Shown: positions 21,328-30,294 of the stretch, piece after piece
How positions within the stretch are numbered: position 1 is the first letter of the stretch
Layout of the letters: each line of letters begins with the position of its first letter
Assembly: GCA_043812655.1 (NCBI GenBank)
Contig: JBDRLW010000008.1
Span: 58,384 to 122,383 of the forward strand
Length of the DNA stretch: 64,000 bases
Origin: a bacterium
GTDB lineage: Bacteria; Margulisbacteria; WOR-1; O2-12-FULL-45-9; XYB2-FULL-48-7
Direction: 5' to 3'
Made by a program: the position numbers and the translations under genes
The notes under the pieces: generated by a model
The model's input: the letters and a program-made list of their open reading frames with translations, nothing else
Told to the model about the DNA's origin: nothing
Databases searched by the model: none

Positions 21328-22734
21328 CTAGTCTTTAACAACCACTATCCATTCTTTTATTAGTTCTTCAAGTTTTCCCATCGGGATCGCACTAAGAGAA
21401 GGATCCCCTAACCGACACTCTTGCATAGCGGTTAAAGCCGCGTAAAGGTGGGAAGAAATTGAATTTTTTTCTCCAGACCGATACTCATGTTCCTCATCCC
21501 GATAAGTTAAAGAACCGACAGGACTAATAACCGCAGCATTGCCAGTAACAAATGCCTCATCTGCTTGCATCGCTAAGGCGATCGGCACCTGTGTTTCCTC
21601 TACTTCATAACCGAGCAATTTGGCAATTTTTATCACGCTGTCCCTGGTCACTCCCGGCAAGATCGTTCCAGAATCTAAGGCAGCAGTAAAAAGCTTCTTG
21701 TCTTTTACAATAAAAAAGTTGCCTGAACCTAATTCTTCAACATATGTTTTGGTTAACGCGTCAATATACAAGTTTTCATTAAACCCTGCGCTTTTAGCCG
21801 CCATTTGTGCTTTTAAAGCTGTAATATAATTAGCCGTAGCTTTAACATTTCCTGTCCCACCCGGCCAAGCCCTGGGAACTTCTTCTTCGATCCGCAAAGC
21901 TATAGTTGGAAGAGTTGCCCCTTGAGCTAATTTATAATAAGGTCCAACTGGGCTGACAAAACAAAGGTAGGTTTCTTCTCCAGACGGTAAAACTCCGAGC
22001 TGAGGTCCAGCACCAAAAATTAACGGCCTAATATATACAGCCGCTTTAGTTCCGGCTGGCGGAAGAATGCTTTCATTAGCTAAGACTACCGCTCTAATAG
22101 TAGCCAAAAATTCATTAATTTTAATCGGCCGAATTAATAAGCGGCCTGCTGTCCTGGCAAATCGTTTTGCGTTCTCTCCCCACCTAAACCCTAAAATTCT
22201 TCCTTGAGGATCAGGATAAGCCTTCATCCCTTCCCAACCAGATTGCCCGTAATGCAAGGCTTGCATTGCCGGATTAGCAATAATATCTTGGCAGGAAAAC
22301 AAATAGCGGTCAGTCTCCATCATTTGCCAAGGATCTTTAGCCGCTTTTCTTCGGAAAAACATATTGTCGCAGGGATGCAAACCGAAAGGAAGCTTCGCCC
22401 AATCAATTTCTTCTACTGCCACAGGAGCAAATCGATCTAACATTCCCTGTGTAGATTGCAAGAATTGTTCTGCCCAATCTTGAACTTGTGGGCCACCTAA
22501 AACTGGCGACCAACTAGTAGGATTTAATGTATGGTCAAGTAAAGCGGGGGGAACATCATCAATTCTTCCTCTAATTGTTCCGGGCTTGCCACTTATATTA
22601 ACATGATAAGTAACACCAACTTGTTTATCTCTTAATTTCTCAACTAATAATTCATTGCCAACTTTTCCATGAGGACGAAATCCTTGAAGTTGTTTTCCTG
22701 TTGTTTCTAGTCTTCTAACCGTCAATTTGCCCAT
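21328..22734 (-). CDS. ilvE: Branched-chain amino acid aminotransferase with an N-terminal extension of about 100 aa
   Basis: LHYGQSGWEGMKAY, YIRP, GTGNVKATANY and ILPGVTRDS motifs. Confidence 0.85.
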   Translation of the reverse strand: MGKLTVRRLETTGKQLQGFRPHGKVGNELLVEKLRDKQVGVTYHVNISGKPGTIRGRIDDVPPALLDHTLNPTSWSPVLGGPQVQDWAEQFLQSTQGMLDRFAPVAVEEIDWAKLPFGLHPCDNMFFRRKAAKDPWQMMETDRYLFSCQDIIANPAMQALHYGQSGWEGMKAYPDPQGRILGFRWGENAKRFARTAGRLLIRPIKINEFLATIRAVVLANESILPPAGTKAAVYIRPLIFGAGPQLGVLPSGEETYLCFVSPVGPYYKLAQGATLPTIALRIEEEVPRAWPGGTGNVKATANYITALKAQMAAKSAGFNENLYIDALTKTYVEELGSGNFFIVKDKKLFTAALDSGTILPGVTRDSVIKIAKLLGYEVEETQVPIALAMQADEAFVTGNAAVISPVGSLTYRDEEHEYRSGEKNSISSHLYAALTAMQECRLGDPSLSAIPMGKLEELIKEWIVVVKD

Positions 22735-22825
22735 TTTTATTTTCCCTCTCTTTATTATTTTTCAGACTACAAGAGTATATCCAAGCTTAGTTAAAAAAAT
22801 TTCACCCTATTTTTTTTTAGGCGCG

Positions 22826-23482
22826 TTAGCGGTTATATTCGCGGATATTCGGCTGGTGGGAATAATTGGGGACAAGCGTCAGCGGATCGGCAACTTGGCC
22901 GGCTTTGATCAGCGGCAAGCCTAGTTTGGCAACATTAATCCCGTACGGCTGCGAATGTGTTTCGTCGGCAAAATGATAGTTGGCGCCTTTAACTTCTTTA
23001 AATTCCTTGGTCGCTCCAACCAACCAAATATCACCAGAAATGTTTTTGATTTTATCTAACAGGCCAACAAACTTACAGACTTGATCCTCAGTCACTCTTC
23101 GCAAAGCTCCCCCCGAAGCGCCAAACATCGCTACATTATATTCATCATGCCTGGCGTCCAGGATAACCATCATCGTCCCTTCAATATCTATTATATTGTA
23201 GGCGATCGCTTCCAGGGTGGAAATCCCAACGATCGGGATCTTTAAGGTTTGAGCGAGTGTTTTGGCCATGGCTAGTCCACCACGCAAGCCGGAATATGAG
23301 CCGGGGCCTTGCGTCACGGCAACTCCATCGAGCTGTTTGGGGTCGACACCAGCTTCTTCAAGGTAAAAAACCAGTTTTTCAGCTTGGGGATTGGCCATGG
23401 TCGTTTCGACCAAAACTTTTTCCTCATCGATCAAGCCAAGGCTGATTACTTTAGTCGCGCTGCTAAGCCCGAGGATACGCAT
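22826..23482 (-). CDS. tsaB: t6A biosynthesis protein TsaB
   Basis: GPGSYSGLRGG and DARHDE motifs; next to tsaE and rimI. Confidence 0.88.
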   Translation of the reverse strand: MRILGLSSATKVISLGLIDEEKVLVETTMANPQAEKLVFYLEEAGVDPKQLDGVAVTQGPGSYSGLRGGLAMAKTLAQTLKIPIVGISTLEAIAYNIIDIEGTMMVILDARHDEYNVAMFGASGGALRRVTEDQVCKFVGLLDKIKNISGDIWLVGATKEFKEVKGANYHFADETHSQPYGINVAKLGLPLIKAGQVADPLTLVPNYSHQPNIREYNR

Positions 23483-23838
23483 ATTTCCCTTTCGTTTTCT
23501 GACAAAGTTTTTATTTCGATCTTCTGGGCGCCGCTAGGGAGCAGCTCTTTTAACTTTTCCGCCCACTCAACCACGCAGACCCCATCTCTTTTAAAATATT
23601 CTTCCACTCCTAGATCTTCAATGTCACTTAAATTATCAAGCCGATAAAGGTCAAAGTGAAAAAACGGCAGTCTGCCCTGATATTCGTTAATGATAATAAA
23701 AGTTGGCGAAGTGACGTAATCTTTGACCCCTAACCCCTCCGCGATCCCCTGGATCAGCGTCGTCTTCCCCGCCCCTAACTCTCCGGTCAAAGCTAGAACC
23801 TCACCAGGCAATAAAAAAGCGCCGATCTTTTTGCCCAA
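23446..23838 (-). CDS. tsaE: t6A biosynthesis ATPase TsaE (true start may lie further upstream)
   Basis: GELGAGKTT, VTSPTF, HFDLYRL and VEWAE motifs. Confidence 0.92.
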   Translation of the reverse strand: MGKKIGAFLLPGEVLALTGELGAGKTTLIQGIAEGLGVKDYVTSPTFIIINEYQGRLPFFHFDLYRLDNLSDIEDLGVEEYFKRDGVCVVEWAEKLKELLPSGAQKIEIKTLSENEREICVSSGLAARLK

Positions 23839-23872
23839 CTGGACAGTTTCGTCAGCGCTTTTTGTTATTAGT

Positions 23873-24520
23873 TTACCAGCGCTCGTAGTCGTCGTAGCCG
23901 CCGCTCCTTATCTCTTTGAACCCTGGCAGCTCATCGTCATATTTATCGCCGACGCCGCCTTCGACTTTGCGTTCTTCAAAAAGGGATTCGATCCTCTTTT
24001 CTAAAACCGGGTGAACCGCCGCTGGAGCGATCTCTTTGAGCGGCTTCAAAACAAACAGCCTTTCGTGCATCAAGGGATGGGGGATTTGCAGTTTTTCATC
24101 GGAAACTATCTCATTGCCGTAAAGCAGGATGTCAATGTCGATCGTCCGCGGCCCCCACTCCATCTCTCTTTCCCGGCCTAGCGCGGTTTCTATCTCTTGG
24201 CAAACTTCAAGGAGTTTTTCCGGCGGCAGCTTTGTCCTGATCTCGATCGCCGCGTTGATGAACGGCGGCTGGTCTACTCCCCCCTCTGCGTCGGTCTCAT
24301 AATTAGCCGATTTTTTGGCGATCTGGATATTGGGATTCTTTTCAAGTAAAAACAACGCTTGTTCAATATATTCTTCCCGGTCACCAACGTTGGAACCAAT
24401 ACCAAGATAAACCGTAACCGGCCCGCTCACCCTTTTTTTTGCCTTACCTTTCTTGAGCATCTTTTTTGTTTTTATTTTTTTGGCCTTTGTTTTTTTTGCC
24501 TTGACTTTCTTTTTCGCCAT
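23873..24520 (-). CDS. folK: HPPK with a Lys-rich N-terminal extension
   Basis: YLGIGSNVG, WGPRTIDIDIL and IPHPLMHERLFVL motifs. Confidence 0.93.
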   Translation of the reverse strand: MAKKKVKAKKTKAKKIKTKKMLKKGKAKKRVSGPVTVYLGIGSNVGDREEYIEQALFLLEKNPNIQIAKKSANYETDAEGGVDQPPFINAAIEIRTKLPPEKLLEVCQEIETALGREREMEWGPRTIDIDILLYGNEIVSDEKLQIPHPLMHERLFVLKPLKEIAPAAVHPVLEKRIESLFEERKVEGGVGDKYDDELPGFKEIRSGGYDDYERW

Positions 24521-24523
24521 AAC

Positions 24524-25672
24524 TTATCTCCTTCCTTTGATCGCTTCCACCATTCGGACAACCCGAATCGTCTCTTTAACATCATGGACACGAACGATAT
24601 CGACCCCATTAATCACCGCGACGGCCACCATAGCTAGCGTCCCCTCAAGCCTCTCCTTTACCGGCAATCCCAAAACTTGGCCGATCGTGGCTTTCCGCGA
24701 GGGACCAAGTAAGACCGGACAGCCTAAACCCTTTAATTCCCTAAGCCTTCGTAAAATTTCGAGATTCTGATCAGCAGTTTTGCTAAAACCTAGCCCTGGA
24801 TCTACAATAATTTTCTCATGTAGTATACCAGCATTCTTTGCGATTGCAAGACCCTCTTCAAGGTGGCCAGCCAGCTCACCCATCAAGTCGTGATATTTGG
24901 TTTTCTGCTGCATATTGGCTGGCGTCCCCCGCATATGCATAAGGCAAACCGGAACTTGATATTTTGCCGCTACCCCGGCCATTTTTTTATCGAACCGCAA
25001 GCCGGAAACATCGTTCACCATTTTGGCCCCGGCCTCAAGCGCCGCCTTTGCAACCTCAGCTTTTCTCGTATCGATCGAAACAACAACTTTCTTATGTTTG
25101 GCTAATTTCTTAATGATCGGCAAAACTCGATCGATCTCTGCTTTGGCAGGAACAGCAGTCGCTCCCGGCCTTGTCGATTCACCACCAATATCGATTATCT
25201 CTGCCCCTTCAGCGATCATCTCGTCCGCCTTTTTGACTGCTGTTTCCAGGTTGAAGTATTTCCCCCCATCAGAGAATGAATCAGGCGTCACATTTAATAT
25301 TCCCATCACTTTAACTTTACGGTCATTTTCAGCATAATTTTTTAAGACGGTGCTAATTTCCAAGGCAATTGCCGGCAGGCCAAATTGATGCTGCTTTAAT
25401 TTATTAACTAATTGGTTTAATTGCCTAAGCGTCCCAAAAATCAAAACATCCGACTGTTTAGCCGAATGGTCGATCACGCCATAGGACGTGGCCGCCTCCC
25501 CACCCAAAGACAGGATCTCTTGTTTAATAATGTTAGCGGGGATCGGTTTAATGGTTGACAACTTAATGACCTTAAAATCGGCCTTGTCCGACATGATCTT
25601 GATGCCAGCCGGATCACAGCCAAGCCGCCGCATCTCTTCTTCTGGTGAAGTGGTAATTATCCTGGGGATCAT
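24524..25672 (-). CDS. folP: Dihydropteroate synthase with an N-terminal accessory domain
   Basis: MGILNVTPDSFSDGG, GGESTRPG, SRK and RVHDV motifs. Confidence 0.95.
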   Translation of the reverse strand: MIPRIITTSPEEEMRRLGCDPAGIKIMSDKADFKVIKLSTIKPIPANIIKQEILSLGGEAATSYGVIDHSAKQSDVLIFGTLRQLNQLVNKLKQHQFGLPAIALEISTVLKNYAENDRKVKVMGILNVTPDSFSDGGKYFNLETAVKKADEMIAEGAEIIDIGGESTRPGATAVPAKAEIDRVLPIIKKLAKHKKVVVSIDTRKAEVAKAALEAGAKMVNDVSGLRFDKKMAGVAAKYQVPVCLMHMRGTPANMQQKTKYHDLMGELAGHLEEGLAIAKNAGILHEKIIVDPGLGFSKTADQNLEILRRLRELKGLGCPVLLGPSRKATIGQVLGLPVKERLEGTLAMVAVAVINGVDIVRVHDVKETIRVVRMVEAIKGRR

Positions 25673-27042
25673 AGGAGTTCTAATTTCACGATCTTTTGGG
25701 TCTGGTCGCTCACCTTGGCTCTGTCATCTATCCTTTTGCCGGCCACCCAAACAATTTTACCGACGCTTTCGACGATCGGAACCCTGTCCCTTTCGTCGGC
25801 CGGGAGCTTTTCATCAACAAAAAAATCTTGCAGTTTTTTGCTCCCCTTAACACCTAGGGGGATAAACCGGTCGCCCAGCCGCTTGCTCCTCACAAAGACT
25901 TCTCGTCTCAGGGAACTGTAATCAACGAACGCGGCCTGGTCGCCGGCTTCAAAGTCAACTTTATCAACAAAATTCCCCCGCAGCGTCTTCCCGATCTCTT
26001 CGATCTTCACTTCACCCGGAATATTAAGCGGATAATTGAACGGGCGGACAACTTTCCTTACCGGCTTGTAGCGGCTGATCTTAACCGCCCCTTTTTCACC
26101 GCTGACAAAGATCCCGTCCGGCAAGTTAAATTCCCACCGCTCGCTCTTGTTAAGTTTCTCAATGATCTCTTTAATATGGTAAAAAGTGATCTGGGCTAGG
26201 TCGCCCTTAACTTTTTCGACCGCCAACCGAAGCAAATAACGGACAATGGTCGGGCTAAGCCGCCTTAATTTCTCCAAGCTAAGCTTGATCTCACCCATTT
26301 CATCGTTCATCATCACTTCTGGCAAAAGCTCGGCCGCCTTGTTCTCTAAATACATGTTATCTTCCGTCAAAAGAAGGATCGTCTGTAAAATTATCTCTTT
26401 AATATTTAAATTGTAGATCCGCAGCTGGGGGACCAACTTGAGCCGGACAGAGTTCCGTATATATTTTGATTCATAGTTGGTATGGTCTCGCCGCGGGACT
26501 AATTTCAAAGCGCCAACGTAATCTTCGATCTCCCTCCGCCAAACCTTGATCAGCGGCCGGACGATCGTCCCCCTCTTTGCCGGAATGCCGCACAGGCCCC
26601 GGAGTCCGGCGCCGCGCAACAACCGCATTAAGAAGGTTTCAATGTTATCATCAGCCGTATGGCCGACCGCGATCTTTTTAGCCCCGATCTTTTTTGCCGT
26701 CCGCTCAAAAAAGTCGTACCTGGCAAAGCGGGCCGCTTCTTCTATCCCCATTCTTTCGCGCTCCGCTAAAGCGGCAATATCGACCGCTTCAACGGTGACC
26801 GGAACCGCTAATTTTTGGGCCAGGTTTTCCACGAACCGGACATCAAGCTCGGCGTCACCCCGGCGCAACATATGATTTAAGTGGGCAACATGGAGAGAAA
26901 TGCCCAGCTCCTGCCGAAGGGCATGGAGTAAATTAAGGAGAGCGACCGAATCTGGCCCCCCTGAAACCGCGACCAGCACCAGGTCCTTGGGGACAAACAT
27001 CCGGTATTCTTTAATTGCTTCTAAAAATTTTTCTTTGATCAT
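25669..27042 (-). CDS. tilS: tRNA(Ile)-lysidine synthetase
   Basis: VSGGPDS, GHTADDNIET, RPL and a TilS C-terminal domain. Confidence 0.95.
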   Translation of the reverse strand: MIKEKFLEAIKEYRMFVPKDLVLVAVSGGPDSVALLNLLHALRQELGISLHVAHLNHMLRRGDAELDVRFVENLAQKLAVPVTVEAVDIAALAERERMGIEEAARFARYDFFERTAKKIGAKKIAVGHTADDNIETFLMRLLRGAGLRGLCGIPAKRGTIVRPLIKVWRREIEDYVGALKLVPRRDHTNYESKYIRNSVRLKLVPQLRIYNLNIKEIILQTILLLTEDNMYLENKAAELLPEVMMNDEMGEIKLSLEKLRRLSPTIVRYLLRLAVEKVKGDLAQITFYHIKEIIEKLNKSERWEFNLPDGIFVSGEKGAVKISRYKPVRKVVRPFNYPLNIPGEVKIEEIGKTLRGNFVDKVDFEAGDQAAFVDYSSLRREVFVRSKRLGDRFIPLGVKGSKKLQDFFVDEKLPADERDRVPIVESVGKIVWVAGKRIDDRAKVSDQTQKIVKLELL

Positions 27043-27326
27043 TGGAATAACTTAAAAGTTTCACCTTGAAAAGCCCTTTGGCCGCAATAAACCGCGTAAC
27101 CCCAAGCGACCGCGCTAAAAAGGACTTCAAAGACCTCAAGATATGGGATGTAATAAATACTCCACAATAATTTGATCAGGGACCTAAGCGTAAAAAAACC
27201 AATAAATATCCAGGTCCACAAAACCAAAGCTTGCCTGGCATGGTAATTGTTCTTTTCGGTCAAGACCTGGTAAAGGGACGGGATCCAAAAAATATAGGCA
27301 AATAATGCTTTTAAATCGCGTTTCAT
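27039..27326 (-). CDS. Small membrane protein
   Basis: Three hydrophobic segments from MKRDLKAL; ATGA overlap with tilS. Confidence 0.6.
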   Translation of the reverse strand: MKRDLKALFAYIFWIPSLYQVLTEKNNYHARQALVLWTWIFIGFFTLRSLIKLLWSIYYIPYLEVFEVLFSAVAWGYAVYCGQRAFQGETFKLFQ

Positions 27327-27333
27327 GTTAATA

Positions 27334-27701
27334 TGCCGGGGGCCAGGATTTCCCGATGGTGAATTTATCAATGAACATCGGGATCCCGACGGCTCCACAA
27401 TTATATATCATAATGAGCGTCGGGAGAACTGGCGACCTCAGATTCCTCTAAATCTCGACTTTCGACCTTGTCGAAAGTCGGGGCTTATGAGTCCCATCGT
27501 CCCGTTTTCCTCGATCATTGTTATTGCAATGCCGGGGGCCAGGATTGAACTGGCGACCTCGGGCTTATGAGTCCCACGCTCTAGCCAACTGAGCTACCCC
27601 GGCATTGCAAATAATAAACCCAGGAAACGGGATCCCGATATTCCTTATTATTTATGTGTAATTATGAACATCGGGACTCTAGCCAACTGAGCTACCCCGG
27701 C
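27334..27701 (-). pseudogene. Fragmented second copy of the tRNA(CAT) gene, interrupted by three twin-hairpin insertions
   Basis: Exact collinear pieces of the tRNA at 27677-27701, 27481-27496, 27426-27439 and 27334-27350. Confidence 0.85.
27530..27603 (-). tRNA. tRNA with anticodon CAT (probably elongator Met; Ile2 not excluded); CCA not encoded
   Basis: GCCGGGGTAGCTCAGTTGGCTAGAGCGTGGGACTCATAAGCCCGAGGTCGCCAGTTCAATCCTGGCCCCCGGCA folds as a cloverleaf. The paired G1-C72 argues against an initiator tRNA. Confidence 0.93.
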
Positions 27702-27785
27702 ATAAATTTAGGATAACATAAGTAAATCCTTATTGCAATAATCCGGGGTCGATGCTAAAATAAGGCCACATAGGGGGATAAAACA

Positions 27786-28211
27786 TTGTCAGAAAATGTC
27801 AGGATTATCGTAATTGACGACGAACCATCGGTCTTAGAGTCCTTTAAAATGATCCTTAAGATCAAGGATTATGAAGTCTCCACTTTCCCGGATGGCCCCT
27901 CTGCTTTGGCCGGGCTGGAAAAAGACAAGTTTGACATCGCTTTTATCGATTATAAGCTCCCCGGCATGGATGGTTTAGAAGTATTAAAGAAACTAAAAGA
28001 GACCGACCCTTCAATTGAAGCGATCATCGTTACCGCTTACGCGACCGAATCTTCACATGCCAACGCCATTACCCTAGGCGCTTTGGAATATCTCCGAAAA
28101 CCATTCTTAATGGAAGAAATTTACGAACTGGTTGAACGAGGTCTCCGCCGCCGCCGGAACAAATCGATCCGCAAAGAAGGCGGCTCCGCTCCCATCGGCG
28201 GGATCCACTAA
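27786..28211 (+). CDS. Stand-alone response-regulator receiver protein
   Basis: IDDE, IDYKLPGMDG, IVTAY and YLRKPF motifs. Confidence 0.9.
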   Translation: MSENVRIIVIDDEPSVLESFKMILKIKDYEVSTFPDGPSALAGLEKDKFDIAFIDYKLPGMDGLEVLKKLKETDPSIEAIIVTAYATESSHANAITLGALEYLRKPFLMEEIYELVERGLRRRRNKSIRKEGGSAPIGGIH

Positions 28212-28217
28212 TCTTGT

Positions 28218-29144
28218 TTACCCGCCGGAGGCGGGGCGGCCGATTTCCAGCATTCTGTTAATTGAAGCTGAAGCTTTAACTCTAATATTTTCCGGAACTG
28301 TGACAACATTTTTCATCTCTTCCAGCGCCCAAAGGATTTTTTCTAGATTGATCATCTTCATATTAGGACAAACAGCTAATTCGGTCACCGGATAGAATTT
28401 TTTATCTGGATTCTCTTTCTGTAACCGATAAATCATTCCAGTCTCCGTGCCAACAATAAACTCTTTGTTTTTGCTCTCTTTAACATATTTCATCAGCCCT
28501 TCAGTTGATAGCGCAGCATCGGCAGCCTCAATTACTTCCGGTCGACACTCGGGATGAACGATCACACTTGCTCCTGGCCACTGGACCCTGGCCCCTTGAA
28601 TATGTTCCAGCAGAATCTTGGCATGGGTTGGACAGTAGCCTTCATAAAGGATCAGTTTTTTATCGGGGTTTTGTTTTTGCGCGAACGCCCCCAAATATTT
28701 ATCGGGAACAAATATAATCTCGTTGTCTAGCAAAGAATGGACAACCTTGCCGGCGTTGGCAGAAGTACAGCAAACATCCGACTCAGCTTTGACTTCGGCA
28801 GTCGAATTGACATAGCAAACAACGGGGGCTTTTGGATTTTGCTTTTTAAGATTTCGGAGTTTTTCAGCGGTGATCATATCGGCCATTGGGCAACCGGCCC
28901 GGAGTTCCGGTAAAACAACTTTTTTATCCGGGGAAATTATAGCCGCTGTCTCGGCCATAAAATTAACGCCGCAGAAAATAATTACTTTGGCTTCCACTTT
29001 CCCCGCCTGGATCGAAAGCCCCAGCGAATCGCCAACATAATCGGCAATATCCTGCACTTCCGGCAATTGGTAATTATGCGCCAGTATTACCGCCTGACGC
29101 TCTTTTTTCAACTTTAATATATTGCTAACTAATGAGTCCGCCAC
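28218..29144 (-). CDS. nadA: Quinolinate synthase
   Basis: LAHNYQ, GCPMAD, CYVNS, HPEC and CPNMK motifs. Confidence 0.95.
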   Translation of the reverse strand: MADSLVSNILKLKKERQAVILAHNYQLPEVQDIADYVGDSLGLSIQAGKVEAKVIIFCGVNFMAETAAIISPDKKVVLPELRAGCPMADMITAEKLRNLKKQNPKAPVVCYVNSTAEVKAESDVCCTSANAGKVVHSLLDNEIIFVPDKYLGAFAQKQNPDKKLILYEGYCPTHAKILLEHIQGARVQWPGASVIVHPECRPEVIEAADAALSTEGLMKYVKESKNKEFIVGTETGMIYRLQKENPDKKFYPVTELAVCPNMKMINLEKILWALEEMKNVVTVPENIRVKASASINRMLEIGRPASGG

Positions 29145-30255
29145 CTAACACCTCTTCTCCTTCATAGAATACCACTGACTGACCGGGAGTGACCGCTCGC
29201 TGGGGTCCTTTGAATTCAACCTTCATCTTACCGACAGACAATGGCGTGATCACCGCTGGAGCTTCTTTAGAATTATAACGGATTTTAGCCCCTACTTCGA
29301 GCGCTCCAGCCGGCCATTCACCGGAGATAAAAGAGACTTGATCGGCAATTAATTCCCTTCGCAGCAAATCATCATTATCCCCAATCACCACTTTATTGTT
29401 CTTGGCGTCTAAACTAATAACATATTTCGGTTCTCCCCGGTGCGCTCCAATTCCTTTTCTCTGCCCGATCGTATAAAAAACAATGCCTTCATGCCGGCCA
29501 ACAACCTTGCCGGTTTTATCGACAATGTCGCCAGGTTTAACGACAGCCGGGATTTTCTCTTTCAAAAACCGCCCATAATCATCATCTGCAATAAAACAGA
29601 TCTCCTGGCTCTCTTTCTTCTCCGCCACCGGCAATTTATATTTTTTTGCCAGCTTCCTCACTTCATCCTTCGTCATCTCCCCCAACGGAAATAACGTCTG
29701 CGCCAATTGTTCTTGCGTCAATCGATAAAGAACGTAGGATTGGTCTTTGCGGGAGTCCAGGCCTTTAAGCAAGGTCAAGGGATTAGGGGGTAGGGAGTAG
29801 GGAGCAGAATATATTTTTTTACTCCCCTCTATCCCCTTACCCCTAACCCCTACCCTCGCGTAATGCCCCGTCGCAATATATTCAGCCCCAAGCTCCCGCG
29901 CTTTTGCCAACAGATGATCGAACTTCAAGAATTGATTACAGCGAATACAAGGATTTGGCGTCCGGCCAGCTTTATATTCAGCAATAAAGTCTTGAATAAC
30001 GGTCTTTTCAAAGTCAGCTTTGAAATTTAAAACATAATGGGGAATTCCCAGTTTATCGGCCACTTTTTTGGCATCATTGGCCGCTTCCGCGCTGCAGCAG
30101 CTCCGGTCAGAAGCATTGGTCGTACAATATAAGCTCATCGTCACGCCAATGACGTCATGCCCTGCTTCTTTCAACGTCGCCGCCACGACCGAGGAATCAA
30201 CGCCTCCCGACATGGCAACTAGGATCTTTTTATTTTGCGTGAAATTTTTTAACAT
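29125..30255 (-). CDS. mnmA: tRNA 2-thiouridine(34) synthase
   Basis: MSGGVDSS, TPNPCIRCN, ATGHY, KDQSY and TPGQ motifs. Confidence 0.95.
   Translation of the reverse strand: MLKNFTQNKKILVAMSGGVDSSVVAATLKEAGHDVIGVTMSLYCTTNASDRSCCSAEAANDAKKVADKLGIPHYVLNFKADFEKTVIQDFIAEYKAGRTPNPCIRCNQFLKFDHLLAKARELGAEYIATGHYARVGVRGKGIEGSKKIYSAPYSLPPNPLTLLKGLDSRKDQSYVLYRLTQEQLAQTLFPLGEMTKDEVRKLAKKYKLPVAEKKESQEICFIADDDYGRFLKEKIPAVVKPGDIVDKTGKVVGRHEGIVFYTIGQRKGIGAHRGEPKYVISLDAKNNKVVIGDNDDLLRRELIADQVSFISGEWPAGALEVGAKIRYNSKEAPAVITPLSVGKMKVEFKGPQRAVTPGQSVVFYEGEEVLGGGLIS
29777..29856. repeat. Inverted heptamer arrays, in frame within mnmA
   Basis: (TAGGGRG)n...(TWACCCC)n encoding VGVRGKGIEGSKKIYSAPYSLPPNPL. Confidence 0.75.
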
Positions 30256-30294
30256 TCTTTCGATAATAAATTATAGCAGAAAGGAGCTTATTTA

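Noticed and set aside
24440..24520. Lys-rich FolK N-terminus as a separate system
   Set aside because: A low-complexity basic extension only; nothing further can be supported from the sequence.
27530..27603. Calling the tRNA Ile2 because tilS is adjacent
   Set aside because: Proximity is not proof. The sequence looks more like an elongator Met, so it is left unresolved.
27334..27701. CRISPR array or prophage att site at the tRNA repeats
   Set aside because: The pieces are different consecutive parts of one tRNA, not identical repeats with spacers. No cas or integrase gene is nearby.
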